Counted from the first letter of the stretch, positions 46,183 to 55,066 are shown. The stretch is DNA of 64,000 bases from Candidatus Aenigmarchaeota archaeon LH_S7 (GCA_023659895.1 JAGXOL010000003.1:1549-65548); one strand, 5' to 3'. Made by a program: numbers and translations. The notes: generated from the letters alone by a model not told the origin.

Positions 46183-46511
46183 AAAGGCCTTGGGGAGAGT
46201 TTGATAACTTGGAAGAAAGCAAGAATTACAAAGTGAAAAAACTGGTTGTTTGGCCAGGAAAAAGATTGAGCTTGCAAAGACACAAACACAGGAGCGAACA
46301 TTGGATCGTGGTTAAAGGAAAAGCTAAGGTGACTTTGGATGAGGAGGTATTTACTCTTGAGAAAGGGAAATATATTTCTATAGAAGTTGGAAAAAAGCAT
46401 AGACTGGAAAATCCTGAAAAAGAGGTTTTGGAGGTGATTGAGGTTCAGGTAGGGGATTATTGTGGGGAGGATGACATTGAGAGGTTCTCAGATGATTATG
46501 GGAGAGACTAG
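46179..46511 (+). CDS. Cupin-type mannose-6-phosphate isomerase domain protein (type II PMI C-terminal domain)
   Basis: RPWGEF..YKVKKLVVWPGKRLSLQRHKHRSEHWIVVKGKAKV..HRLENP..IEVQVGDYCGEDDIERFSDDYGR. It overlaps the GH38 stop (ATGA). Confidence 0.8.
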   Translation: MKRPWGEFDNLEESKNYKVKKLVVWPGKRLSLQRHKHRSEHWIVVKGKAKVTLDEEVFTLEKGKYISIEVGKKHRLENPEKEVLEVIEVQVGDYCGEDDIERFSDDYGRD

Positions 46512-46551
46512 TGAAGAGTTATTTATTTTTTAATAAAAAATTCTTTTATTT

Positions 46552-47076
46552 ATGAAGCTAGAACTAGATATTATCCCTTTGGGAGAGAATAATAGGGATG
46601 TTATGGATGCCCTTAAGAGAGATCTCAAAGAGAAGAACTTTATTGTTAGGATTTTTGGAAGAATGAACATACCCAAGACATCTTTAAATTTCTATAGAAA
46701 GCAGTATGATGCTGATGTAATAGTTGATACATTGAGAAAAATGAGAGGAAATGTAATAGGTCTCACAAATGTGGATTTGTATGCCAAATCTTTAAATTTT
46801 GTTTTTTCTATTGCTGAATATGATGGTCCTTCCGTGGTTTCCACTTATAGAATGAACCCTACTTTTTACCAGGAAAAGCCTAATTTTGATGTGATGGTTC
46901 AAAGATTAGTGAAAGAAATCCTTTATTGCGTGGGAAGGATGCAAGGTCTGAATGAATGTCCTCATCCAAAATGCTTGATGCACAGATCTCGCTCTGCAGG
47001 TGATTTGGACTTCAAGAATGGAAACTTTTGCAAGGAATGTGAGATAAATAATACTCTTAAAGGAATTAATTTGTAA
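46552..47076 (+). CDS. Archaemetzincin-like protein with a degenerate HExxH site
   Basis: The overall pattern (RKQYDAD, GLTNVDLY..NFVFSIA, VVSTYRM, C-terminal C-x4-C...C-x2-C) fits archaemetzincin as remembered. However, the expected HExxHxxGxxHC reads KEILYCVGRMQG. Confidence 0.55.
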   Translation: MKLELDIIPLGENNRDVMDALKRDLKEKNFIVRIFGRMNIPKTSLNFYRKQYDADVIVDTLRKMRGNVIGLTNVDLYAKSLNFVFSIAEYDGPSVVSTYRMNPTFYQEKPNFDVMVQRLVKEILYCVGRMQGLNECPHPKCLMHRSRSAGDLDFKNGNFCKECEINNTLKGINL

Positions 47077-47085
47077 TATTTTATT

Positions 47086-47757
47086 ATGTGCGCAAAGAAA
47101 AAAGAAGCAGAGGTTGAAGAATCAAAGGAAACCACCAAAAAACAAAAAAAAGCAGAGAATGAAAAAGCTGTAAAAACTAAAAAAACAGAAGGAGAAGGGA
47201 AGAAAAAGGAAAAGAGAAAAACTTACAAAGGTGATGTGCAGGAAAACAAGGTGATTGTTTGGGGTATAGAGGATGCGAACGAGATTTATGATTTGGGTTG
47301 CTTCGGAAAAATCAAGGATGATGATAGGAATGAATTATCCTTAGAAGAAGCTATGTTATTGGTTAATAGAAACAGGTTAAATGTTAGAAAGAATGGAAGA
47401 AAAATAAGCAAGAAAAAGTTCTATGAATATGCTTGCTCAATGGATGATGAATTCCCTTGGAAATATCGTGTTTATGAGGATTTAAGAAATAGAGGTCTTC
47501 TTGCAAAGACAGGCTTTAAATTTGGTACTCACTTCAGAGTTTATGGTCGCGGAGTTAGATTAACCAAAGGACATAAAAATAGAAAAGAGCACACAAAATG
47601 GATTGTCCATGCAGTTCCTGAAACTTTCACTTGTTCATTACCTGAATTAGCTAGGGCAGTAAGGTTGGCCCACAACATCAGGGCAAAAATGCTTTGGGCT
47701 GTGGTTGACAAGGAAGGGGATGTGACTTATTATGAGATTGTTAGAAAAACACCTTGA
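47086..47757 (+). CDS. endA: tRNA-splicing endonuclease EndA with a Lys-rich N-terminal extension
   Basis: The C-terminal catalytic domain is YEDLRNRGLLAKTGFKFGTHFRVYGRG..HTKWIVHAV..AVRLAHNIRAKMLWAVVD (Tyr/His/Lys triad context). The first ~45 aa are KKKEAEVEESKETTKKQKKAENEKAVKTKKTEGEGKKKEKRK. Confidence 0.85.
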   Translation: MCAKKKEAEVEESKETTKKQKKAENEKAVKTKKTEGEGKKKEKRKTYKGDVQENKVIVWGIEDANEIYDLGCFGKIKDDDRNELSLEEAMLLVNRNRLNVRKNGRKISKKKFYEYACSMDDEFPWKYRVYEDLRNRGLLAKTGFKFGTHFRVYGRGVRLTKGHKNRKEHTKWIVHAVPETFTCSLPELARAVRLAHNIRAKMLWAVVDKEGDVTYYEIVRKTP

Positions 47758-47759
47758 TT

Positions 47760-48281
47760 ATGGACTTTTTTGATGTTTTGAAGGAACGGACTTCAATCAG
47801 AAATTTCAAGTCAGCAGAGTTGAAGAAAGATGATTTAAACAAGATTCTCATGGCTGCGAATTCAGCACCTTCTGCAGGTAATTTGCAATCCTATGAGATT
47901 GTTTTGATTAAGGACAAGGAAAAAAGAGATAAATTAAAAGATGCTTGCTTCCAACAACATTTTGTTTCACAGACTCCAGTGGTTTTAGTTTTTTGCGCGA
48001 ACAAGGAAAAAGCTTCTGTGAGATATGGGGAAAGAGGGGAAAAACTTTATTCAGTTCAGGATGCAACTATTGCTTGTTCTTATGCTCAACTAGCTGCAGC
48101 AGCTCTTGGTCTGGGTTCTTGTTGGGTAGGAGCCTTTGATGAAAATGAAGTAAAAAATATAATTGAAGCCCCAGATTATATAAAACCTGTAGCAATTTTA
48201 CCTATTGGTTATGCAAATGAAGAAACTCACCAAACTCCTAGAAGAAAGTTGGATGACCGGGTGAAGGAAGATGGTTTTTAA
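47760..48281 (+). CDS. Nitroreductase-family flavoprotein
   Basis: RTSIRNF, SAPSAGNLQ and SCWVGAF blocks are present. The ATG at 47760 is preferred over the TTG at 47754. Confidence 0.75.
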   Translation: MDFFDVLKERTSIRNFKSAELKKDDLNKILMAANSAPSAGNLQSYEIVLIKDKEKRDKLKDACFQQHFVSQTPVVLVFCANKEKASVRYGERGEKLYSVQDATIACSYAQLAAAALGLGSCWVGAFDENEVKNIIEAPDYIKPVAILPIGYANEETHQTPRRKLDDRVKEDGF

Positions 48282-48302
48282 TTATATAAACAAAATATAT
48301 TT

Positions 48303-48660
48303 ATGATAACTCCTAAAGAGAAAAAGAATACTTAAATATGCAAAAAAATATAGAGTTTCCTCCGCATTTTTATTTGGCTCTTCTCTAGAAAAAATAAATA
48401 CAATGACATAGATATTGGTATAAAAGGAATTAAACCAAAACTGTTTTTTAAAAAATTTATGATTAGTTTGTCTGAGAAAATTGAAGCAGAAAAGGATAAT
48501 ATAGAAAAAACTTTAAAGAATTTGGAAAAAGCAAGAGATAGAAAAGAAAAGTCTGTGATTGAACTATCTGCAGTTGCTGCATTTTACATAATATTTATAA
48601 TGGAATTGAGAATATTTTGAAAGAAGAAAATATAAAAATCTACCTGTCAAATATACTCCT
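48303..48660 (+). pseudogene. Decayed MNT/HEPN (MntA/HepT-like) toxin-antitoxin pair
   Basis: Across shifted frames the MNT part reads ILKYAKKYRVSSAFLFGSSLEK..NDIDIGIKGIKPKLFFKKF. The HEPN-like start follows as MISLSEKIEAEKDNIEKTLKNLEKA..ELSAVAAF / HNIYNGIENILKEENIKI. There are at least 3 frame disruptions and the remnant is truncated by the next gene. Confidence 0.45.
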
Positions 48661-48661
48661 T

Positions 48662-49348
48662 CTAACTCTCTTCTTTTTTCTCTCCGGCTTCACTGAAATA
48701 TTTTTCCCAAAGTTTTCCCTCTTCTTCTTTCAATTTCTCCAAATTTTCTAGACTTTCTACTTCTTCCCAGGCTTCCTTTGCCCTCTCATAACTTTCTGGA
48801 CCAGCAATTCTACCTCTTTCGGAGTTTATTGCAGCTTCTACCCTTTTATATAATTTATCTATATCTCCTATTCTTATATTCATTTCTCTATTAAGAAGAT
48901 TCAAACCAATATACTTTCTTCTATTTAAAAGGCTCTCAATAACACCCTTCTTTATTATTACTTCTGGTAGTCCTTCTATCACCCTTTCAGCAGAATAATA
49001 TGCTTTTGGGTCATCCTTTAATTTCTTAGTAATAAGTTCACGGTCTTCCTTCGGAAGTTTTTCTACATCTTCAGTTATTTCATTTCCTGCACTTCTAATT
49101 TTATACCTTGTATCTCCACATATATCTATATATACTTTTCCTGTTGTCTTTGCCATATCGTAGCAAGCATTCTGGAATCGTTCAATTTTTAAATATACCT
49201 GCTCTCCTTCTTCTGACAATTCTGGACTTACTCTTTCTTCTGACAACTCTGGGTTTATTGATCCCTTAGAAGATCCCATTATGCCATCATACACCTCCTC
49301 TCTCTTATCTCCTATCATATATTTATTTATATTTAAACAATTAAACAA
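48662..49348 (-). CDS. Hypothetical protein with a duplicated PELSEE segment
   Basis: 228 aa, largely helical and acidic. No family recognised, and the start is uncertain. Confidence 0.45.
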   Translation of the reverse strand: MFNCLNINKYMIGDKREEVYDGIMGSSKGSINPELSEERVSPELSEEGEQVYLKIERFQNACYDMAKTTGKVYIDICGDTRYKIRSAGNEITEDVEKLPKEDRELITKKLKDDPKAYYSAERVIEGLPEVIIKKGVIESLLNRRKYIGLNLLNREMNIRIGDIDKLYKRVEAAINSERGRIAGPESYERAKEAWEEVESLENLEKLKEEEGKLWEKYFSEAGEKKEES

Positions 49349-49382
49349 AAATTATTCTTGATAATTTTATTTTAAGTAATTT

Positions 49383-50147
49383 ATGGTTTCAGGATTAGTA
49401 GTTCTTGACAAACCTTCTGGATTAACCTCTTTTGATTGTGTGGAAAGAATACAGAAAATATTTGGAATTAGGAAAGTTGGTCATACAGGAACTTTAGACC
49501 CAAAAGTAACAGGAGTTTTATTGCTTTTGGTGGGGGAATCAAGAAAATTGGCACCTTTTTTTGAGAACATGGACAAGACTTATGTTGGAGTGATGCATTT
49601 ACATGATGAAATTGATGAAGATAGATTATCTGAAATCCTGGAAAGATTCAGAGGGGAAATCAAGCAGTTACCACCTAAAAGGTCAAGGGTTGCCCGGGTG
49701 GAAAGAAAAAGAAAAATTCACAAATTAGAGATTAAGAAAATCGAGAGAAAAGATATAAGTTTGGAAATAGAATGTGAGCACGGCACTTACATAAGAAAAT
49801 TATTCCATGATATTGGGGAAGAATTAGGTGTTGGAGCACATATGAAACATTTGAGGAGAACTGCGGTGGACAATTTTTCTGAGAAAGAAGCAATCACATT
49901 TGAAAAACTAGAAAAAAACAAGGAAAAATATCTAATTAGCAATGAAAAAATTATATCAAAACTAAAGACAAAGAAGATTGTACTTGATGAGGAAGAAGAT
50001 AAAAAAGTGAGGAATGGGGTTCCCTTAAAAAAAGATAAAAAATTAAAATCAGGAGAAATGATTGCGATTTTTGTTGGTTCGAAATTAAGAGCAATTGGAA
50101 TTGTAGATAAACAAAAAATTAAGATTAATAGGGTTTTACTGGATTAA
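49383..50147 (+). CDS. truB: tRNA/rRNA pseudouridine synthase, TruB/Cbf5 family
   Basis: GLVVLDKPSGLTSFD and KVGHTGTLDPKVTGVLLLLVGE (catalytic Asp motif), plus a C-terminal PUA-like segment. Confidence 0.85.
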   Translation: MVSGLVVLDKPSGLTSFDCVERIQKIFGIRKVGHTGTLDPKVTGVLLLLVGESRKLAPFFENMDKTYVGVMHLHDEIDEDRLSEILERFRGEIKQLPPKRSRVARVERKRKIHKLEIKKIERKDISLEIECEHGTYIRKLFHDIGEELGVGAHMKHLRRTAVDNFSEKEAITFEKLEKNKEKYLISNEKIISKLKTKKIVLDEEEDKKVRNGVPLKKDKKLKSGEMIAIFVGSKLRAIGIVDKQKIKINRVLLD

Positions 50148-50336
50148 ATTGATTAATATTTAATAAATTATGGGAATAGGTGAAATTAATATCTACAATA
50201 CTGAAGAATATTTGAAACAATCTATCCAGGAACTCTCTGAAGTCCAAGAAAAATTTGTACAATATCTTAGTCTTGTTGACTTAAAAATAGAATCTTCTGC
50301 GGACTCAGGGTTTTAAAATAAGTTAAAAATAAAAAA

Positions 50337-51413
50337 TTATTTAAACTTGTTCTTAAGTTTCTTCATTACTCCAGGCAAAGATGTGTATTCCATTTCCTCA
50401 TCAGGTAATCTGTGTGGTTGGAAAGGTCCATGTCTCCTTACATAGTTTGCTACATCATTTGCTTGCTCCCTTGCCTTGTCAAATCCTGGATCTGCAAAGA
50501 TATCTTCTGCTGCTGTGATTTTTGAGTTAGCTACCTGCAAACCTAGGCAAGTAACCCTTGGAGGTCCATCGAATCTTGTGCATCTCGCATCTTTCAAACC
50601 AACTGGCATTAATGGTCCATTATGAGACCCTCGCATCCATCCTGCAACCAAGAAAGGAAATGAGAATGGTTCAAGAACTTCACCAACTGCAGGAAATCCT
50701 GACTGGGCTCTTACTACAGCTACAGGATCATCTTTACCAACATATTTACCTGCCATTTGTGAAAGTTTTTGAGTTGAGGTTACTGCAGCTATTTCTTTTT
50801 TCTTGCTGTAAACTGATTTAATTACATAAGCATTTGGTGAACCAACTAAAGCAAGCAAGTCGTACATTTCCTCTGGTGTGCTTATTTTTACTGTTTTACC
50901 TTTCTTTGTATCCAAAACCTCAAACACAAATCCATCATGCATCTTTGGGTCAATTACCAATCCAGCAGTGTTGAAAGGGTCAGCAAAAATCTTGTAAATA
51001 GGAAAGTTCCATGCCCCAGCTTCTGTCTTATCAGCCATGAAAACTAGAACAGGATCACTCTTTCTTTCCTCAAATTCCATCTCAGCTGTTCCAGGGCCCA
51101 TTCCTTTCACATTTCCAGAGAAGGTGTTTTTCAAAATATCTTGACCAGCCCCATAATATTTTTCCTTTTTAGCAATCTTTGTGCATTTCATGAAAACATC
51201 CCAAGATAATTTATGAATTTGCTTGTTGTCCACTCCTTTGCAGTGAGTCATTATTAGTTGCAAGTCATCTCCGCAATGTGTAACATAGTAATCCTTAAGA
51301 ACTTTTGATTTCTTCAAGGTCTTTTTTGCCTCATCTATTAATTTTTGATTACATGTTGAATGACCTGGTGCTCCACCTACATCCGCTTTTATTACAGAAA
51401 TTGTCGTCTTCAT
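50337..51413 (-). CDS. fbp: Fructose-1,6-bisphosphate aldolase/phosphatase (class V FBPase)
   Basis: 358 aa with the N-terminal MKTTISVIKADVGGAPGHS, MRGSHNGPLMPV and FDGPPRV blocks. Confidence 0.9.
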   Translation of the reverse strand: MKTTISVIKADVGGAPGHSTCNQKLIDEAKKTLKKSKVLKDYYVTHCGDDLQLIMTHCKGVDNKQIHKLSWDVFMKCTKIAKKEKYYGAGQDILKNTFSGNVKGMGPGTAEMEFEERKSDPVLVFMADKTEAGAWNFPIYKIFADPFNTAGLVIDPKMHDGFVFEVLDTKKGKTVKISTPEEMYDLLALVGSPNAYVIKSVYSKKKEIAAVTSTQKLSQMAGKYVGKDDPVAVVRAQSGFPAVGEVLEPFSFPFLVAGWMRGSHNGPLMPVGLKDARCTRFDGPPRVTCLGLQVANSKITAAEDIFADPGFDKAREQANDVANYVRRHGPFQPHRLPDEEMEYTSLPGVMKKLKNKFK

Positions 51414-51442
51414 AATATTACTTTCTTATATAATTAAAGATT

Positions 51443-51676
51443 ATGAAAGATTTGTTCTTTATTGGAGTTATTTTGTTGATAGCTGGGATAATTTTAATAA
51501 CTTTGTCAGCAGTTTCAGGCTCTGAAGGTAAAACTAAATTTGCTTTCTTTGGATTTATTGGACCTATTCCTTTCGGGTTTGGAAATTCTGAAAACCTAAT
51601 GAAAATCGCTATAGTTGCTTCTATAATAGGAATAATTATTTTTCTTCTTTTTCTTAAGTATGTAGAGATAATATGA
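51443..51676 (+). CDS. Small membrane protein, DUF131-like
   Basis: 77 aa with two helices flanking FFGFIGPIPFGFGNS. It overlaps the Mre11 start (ATGA). The antisense 51418-51696 ORF is considered a shadow. Confidence 0.5.
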   Translation: MKDLFFIGVILLIAGIILITLSAVSGSEGKTKFAFFGFIGPIPFGFGNSENLMKIAIVASIIGIIIFLLFLKYVEII

Positions 51677-52788
51677 TAATAACTGCAGACTTCCATTTAG
51701 GATATGGTTATAACACAAAAAGAGAGAAAGATTGCTATTCTATTTTGGATGAGATTTTACAGGAAGAAGAAAATCTGATTCTTTTTGCAGGGGATATGTT
51801 TGATTCTAGAATACCAAGATTGGAAATTCTTTCAGAGGCAATGGGTTTTCTCACGAAACTTAAGGACAAAGAAAGCAATGTTAAATTGATAGAATGTGAT
51901 AAAAAGGTTAATAGGAGGACCTTGCAGGGAATTCCTTTTATCTCAATTTATGGTAATCACGAGAGAAGACCTAACCTGATAAATCCAATTCAGACCTTGG
52001 AGAGAGCTGGTTTGTTGATAAATCTGCACTGCGAGAAAATTGTTCTTGAGGTTGATGGAAAGAAAATTGCGGTTCACGGAATGAGCCATGTTCCTGATAA
52101 ATATTCAAAGGATGTGTTAAAAGAATGGAACCCTAAACCTGTAGAAGGAGCAACAAACATTTTATTGATGCACCAGAACATTGATCCTTTCATTTATTCC
52201 CCATTTGAAGATGTTAATTTGAAAGTTTCTGACTTGCCAGTTGGTTTTGACTACATTGTTAATGGTCACATTCACTGGAAAAATGAGGTTGATTTGGATA
52301 GTGGGAAATTGTTAATTCCTGGAAGCACAATTCCCACTCAATTAAACAAGAAAGAATCTCAAGTGAGGAAGGGTTATTTTTTGTTGAATGAGAAATTAAA
52401 ATTCAAGGAGATAAAACAAAGAAGTTTTTATTACAAGACTTTGGAAAGTAAGGAAGAACTTGAGAAATTCTTGGAAAGCGTTGAGAAAGAGGAGATTAAG
52501 CCAATTATTAAAATAAAAATAAAGAACACCTCTACTATTGATTTAAACATAATTGAGAAGAAATTTAAAGATCGTGGAATCTTGATTTTCCAGAGAGAAG
52601 TTGAGAAAAAGTTTGAGAAGCAGAAAAGTGAAATTTTGAACAAGCAGTTATCAGCGGAGGAATACGGTCAGAAATTATTAAGGGATAAGATGAAACTGGA
52701 GAATTTGGATGATTTGACTAATTCCATTCTGGAAGATGACTTTTCTGGAATAGAGAAAATCCTTAGAGAAAACTTTGAAAAGAAATAA
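51673..52788 (+). CDS. mre11: Mre11-type DNA repair phosphoesterase
   Basis: Calcineurin-like motifs appear in order: ADFHLG, AGDMFD, GNHE, LMHQN, GHIH. No Rad50 gene is adjacent. Confidence 0.8.
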   Translation: MIITADFHLGYGYNTKREKDCYSILDEILQEEENLILFAGDMFDSRIPRLEILSEAMGFLTKLKDKESNVKLIECDKKVNRRTLQGIPFISIYGNHERRPNLINPIQTLERAGLLINLHCEKIVLEVDGKKIAVHGMSHVPDKYSKDVLKEWNPKPVEGATNILLMHQNIDPFIYSPFEDVNLKVSDLPVGFDYIVNGHIHWKNEVDLDSGKLLIPGSTIPTQLNKKESQVRKGYFLLNEKLKFKEIKQRSFYYKTLESKEELEKFLESVEKEEIKPIIKIKIKNTSTIDLNIIEKKFKDRGILIFQREVEKKFEKQKSEILNKQLSAEEYGQKLLRDKMKLENLDDLTNSILEDDFSGIEKILRENFEKK

Positions 52789-52807
52789 ATATCTGTAGTT
52801 ATTAATT

Positions 52808-53161
52808 ATGGTATATAAATCCATATCTCCACTAATCTATAACAATCGTTATGCTACTAGAATAGGTCGTCTCTCAGATGAAATGAACTTAGGAATGGAT
52901 GCTTTCAGTAATGCTTATGTTGGAGCAGGCCTTAATAATAACTTTTTTATTAATTCAGGAATAAAACCTTACCAAAATTGTTACATCTCTCCTTTAAAAA
53001 ATATTGGAAAAAAATACTATGTCAAATTAATACCTGTTACTCCTAATTTTAAGGAATCATGGGATTTCTGTGAAAATGAATATATAATTCTACCAACAGA
53101 ATTTGAATATGAAAATTATTTCAAAGAAGGAGAAATAGCTATAATAAATAATTTTATTTAA
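52808..53161 (+). CDS. Hypothetical protein
   Basis: 117 aa ORF. No family recognised. Confidence 0.4.
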   Translation: MVYKSISPLIYNNRYATRIGRLSDEMNLGMDAFSNAYVGAGLNNNFFINSGIKPYQNCYISPLKNIGKKYYVKLIPVTPNFKESWDFCENEYIILPTEFEYENYFKEGEIAIINNFI

Positions 53162-53489
53162 ATATAATCTTTTCTCCTGAAGATTCTATCATGCACAAGC
53201 CAGAACAATTACCTTGGGTTGTTGTATTTAGAGAGCAAGAGTGAGGAGAGCCTGCAATAATTCTTAAAGGACTTGTTTCTATTCTGTAATCTCCCAATTC
53301 TATTTCTGCTTCCAATCTTTCACCTTCTATTTTTTTCAAGAAATTACAGAGTTTATCTGCTTGAACTTCTTGTAACTCAGCTTTTTTTTCAGAGATAAAA
53401 TCATTTGAGAAAGTATAGAGAGAGAAGAAAATCATCACTCCTGCAGCGAACAATAATACATAAACCACTGTTGGATGCACACCCTTCAT
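53154..53489 (-). CDS. Pilin-like/class III signal peptide protein
   Basis: MKG|VHPTVVYVLLFAAGVMIFFSLYTF at the N-terminus, with four Cys in the mature part. Confidence 0.4.
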   Translation of the reverse strand: MKGVHPTVVYVLLFAAGVMIFFSLYTFSNDFISEKKAELQEVQADKLCNFLKKIEGERLEAEIELGDYRIETSPLRIIAGSPHSCSLNTTTQGNCSGLCMIESSGEKIIFK

Positions 53490-53511
53490 ATATAAAATTT
53501 ATTCTAAAATT

Positions 53512-53895
53512 ATGAAAGCAGTTATTTCAAAAGGAGGAAAAAGCTTCCAGAAGGAAATAGATGAGAACCTAGTATATGGAAAGAAAATTGGAGACAAAAT
53601 AGAGGGTTCTATCCTAGGAATGGACAAGTTTGAACTCCAAATTACTGGAGGTAGTGATAAGGAAGGATTCCCTATGAAAAAGGGTGTTGAGGGCTCTTTA
53701 AGGAAAAGATTGCTTCTCAGTAGTGGAGTAGGATACAAACCAAAGAGAAAAGGAGTGAAGAGGAGAAAGAGTGTTAGAGGTCAAAGTGTTTCAGAGGAGA
53801 TAGCTCAGCTAAATTTGAAAGTTTTGAAAGAAGGAAACAAGAAATTTGAGCAGTTATTAAAAAAGGATTCTACTGAAGAAACTGCAGTTAAATAA
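53512..53895 (+). CDS. rps6e: Ribosomal protein eS6
   Basis: ELQITGGSDKEGFPMKKGV..RKRLLLS.GVGYKPKRKGVKRRKSVRG matches eS6. Confidence 0.9.
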   Translation: MKAVISKGGKSFQKEIDENLVYGKKIGDKIEGSILGMDKFELQITGGSDKEGFPMKKGVEGSLRKRLLLSSGVGYKPKRKGVKRRKSVRGQSVSEEIAQLNLKVLKEGNKKFEQLLKKDSTEETAVK

Positions 53896-54109
53896 AATAA
53901 TTTTAATCTATTATAACTATTATGGTGGACATCAAATCAAAAATAAGTTTGGTTTTAGTATCGTTATATGACATTCCACCCACCTCAGAAAATTTTATAA
54001 ATTTCAATACCAACCATATTTATGATGAAAGAAAGGTTCAAAGCAATTCCCACCTCGCATTTGATTTTGATTAAAGTTGGTATATATAAAAGAAAAAATA
54101 TAACTTTTT

Positions 54110-55066
54110 CTACCACCACTTCACACTTTCCTTAAATTTAGTTAGTTTTTCATCTTTTTCTGGCTTCCTAAACACAAATAAATGTTCATGTGCTAATAAC
54201 AAGAAATTATATTTTATAGACATATTTTTCCATAATGGCGCCGTTTTTGTATTATGTTGTGCTTTAATGATATTTTCTTTTAATATAAAACCAACATCTA
54301 AAAAGGACTGCATTATTCTAAAAGAAATTGGAATTTCATGTTTATGTCTTCTTGTGTCACCCATCAAAATTGCACAAAATTTTCCCGGTTTTAAAATCCT
54401 ATAAAACTCCTGTGCTACATTTTTCATTTCTTCGCAAAATTCGTTTACAGAACGAACTTTTGACAAATCTCTGTTTTCTTTGTGATTGGAATTTTTTGTA
54501 TAAGAAATAATATTTGCATAAGGTGGGTGTGTTGCAATCAAATCTATAGATTCATTCTTAATTAAGTTGAGATTTCTTGCATCACCCAAGTAAGTTTCCT
54601 GTTTTGAAATTGATTTTTCATTAAGAGAACTAAAATTTAATCTATCTCTTGTTAAAATTAATGCCTCTTTATTTATATCTATTCCAATACCCTTCCTTCC
54701 AGTTAATTCACATTCTATTAAAGTTGTTCCAGAACCAACAAAAGCATCTAAAATAGTATCGCCTTCTTTTGAATATCTTAAAATTAAATTTCTTGCTATT
54801 TGCGGGGCCCAGTTCCCTCTATATTTGGTGTTTAAATAATGAGTTGCCCATTTTCCTCTATTTGGAAAACTCCATATAGTTTTAGTTTCTAATTCAAAAT
54901 TCTCTGGTTGTAATACTTTAATCCGATTGTGATTTCCTATCTCCAATTCTGTGTCTTCAATTATGATTTTTTTATATTTAGAAACAAATATTTTATAATC
55001 TTTATCTGTTACTTCTTTCATTTTAATATAATTTTTTTCTTTCATTTGTTCACCTTTCTTCTTCAT
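54110..55066 (-). CDS. SAM-dependent DNA methyltransferase (N6-adenine or N4-cytosine type)
   Basis: Motif I is ILDAFVGSGTTLIE and motif IV is DLIATHPPYANI. It is preceded by an RHH gene and a candidate endonuclease on the same strand. Confidence 0.8.
   Translation of the reverse strand: MKKKGEQMKEKNYIKMKEVTDKDYKIFVSKYKKIIIEDTELEIGNHNRIKVLQPENFELETKTIWSFPNRGKWATHYLNTKYRGNWAPQIARNLILRYSKEGDTILDAFVGSGTTLIECELTGRKGIGIDINKEALILTRDRLNFSSLNEKSISKQETYLGDARNLNLIKNESIDLIATHPPYANIISYTKNSNHKENRDLSKVRSVNEFCEEMKNVAQEFYRILKPGKFCAILMGDTRRHKHEIPISFRIMQSFLDVGFILKENIIKAQHNTKTAPLWKNMSIKYNFLLLAHEHLFVFRKPEKDEKLTKFKESVKWW

Noticed and set aside
50170-50316. 48-aa ORF (MGIGEINIYNTEEYLKQSIQELSEVQEKFVQYLSLVDLKIESSADSGF) in the truB-fbp intergenic region, and a 50-aa ORF at about 53923-54075
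   Set aside because: No recognisable family, no coupling to neighbours, and each is below the track cutoff. They are left unannotated.
51418-51696. 92-aa minus-strand ORF opposite the DUF131-like gene
   Set aside because: It is a mirror-frame shadow of the plus-strand membrane protein. The plus-strand gene has a family-like GPIPFGFG motif and is coupled to mre11.
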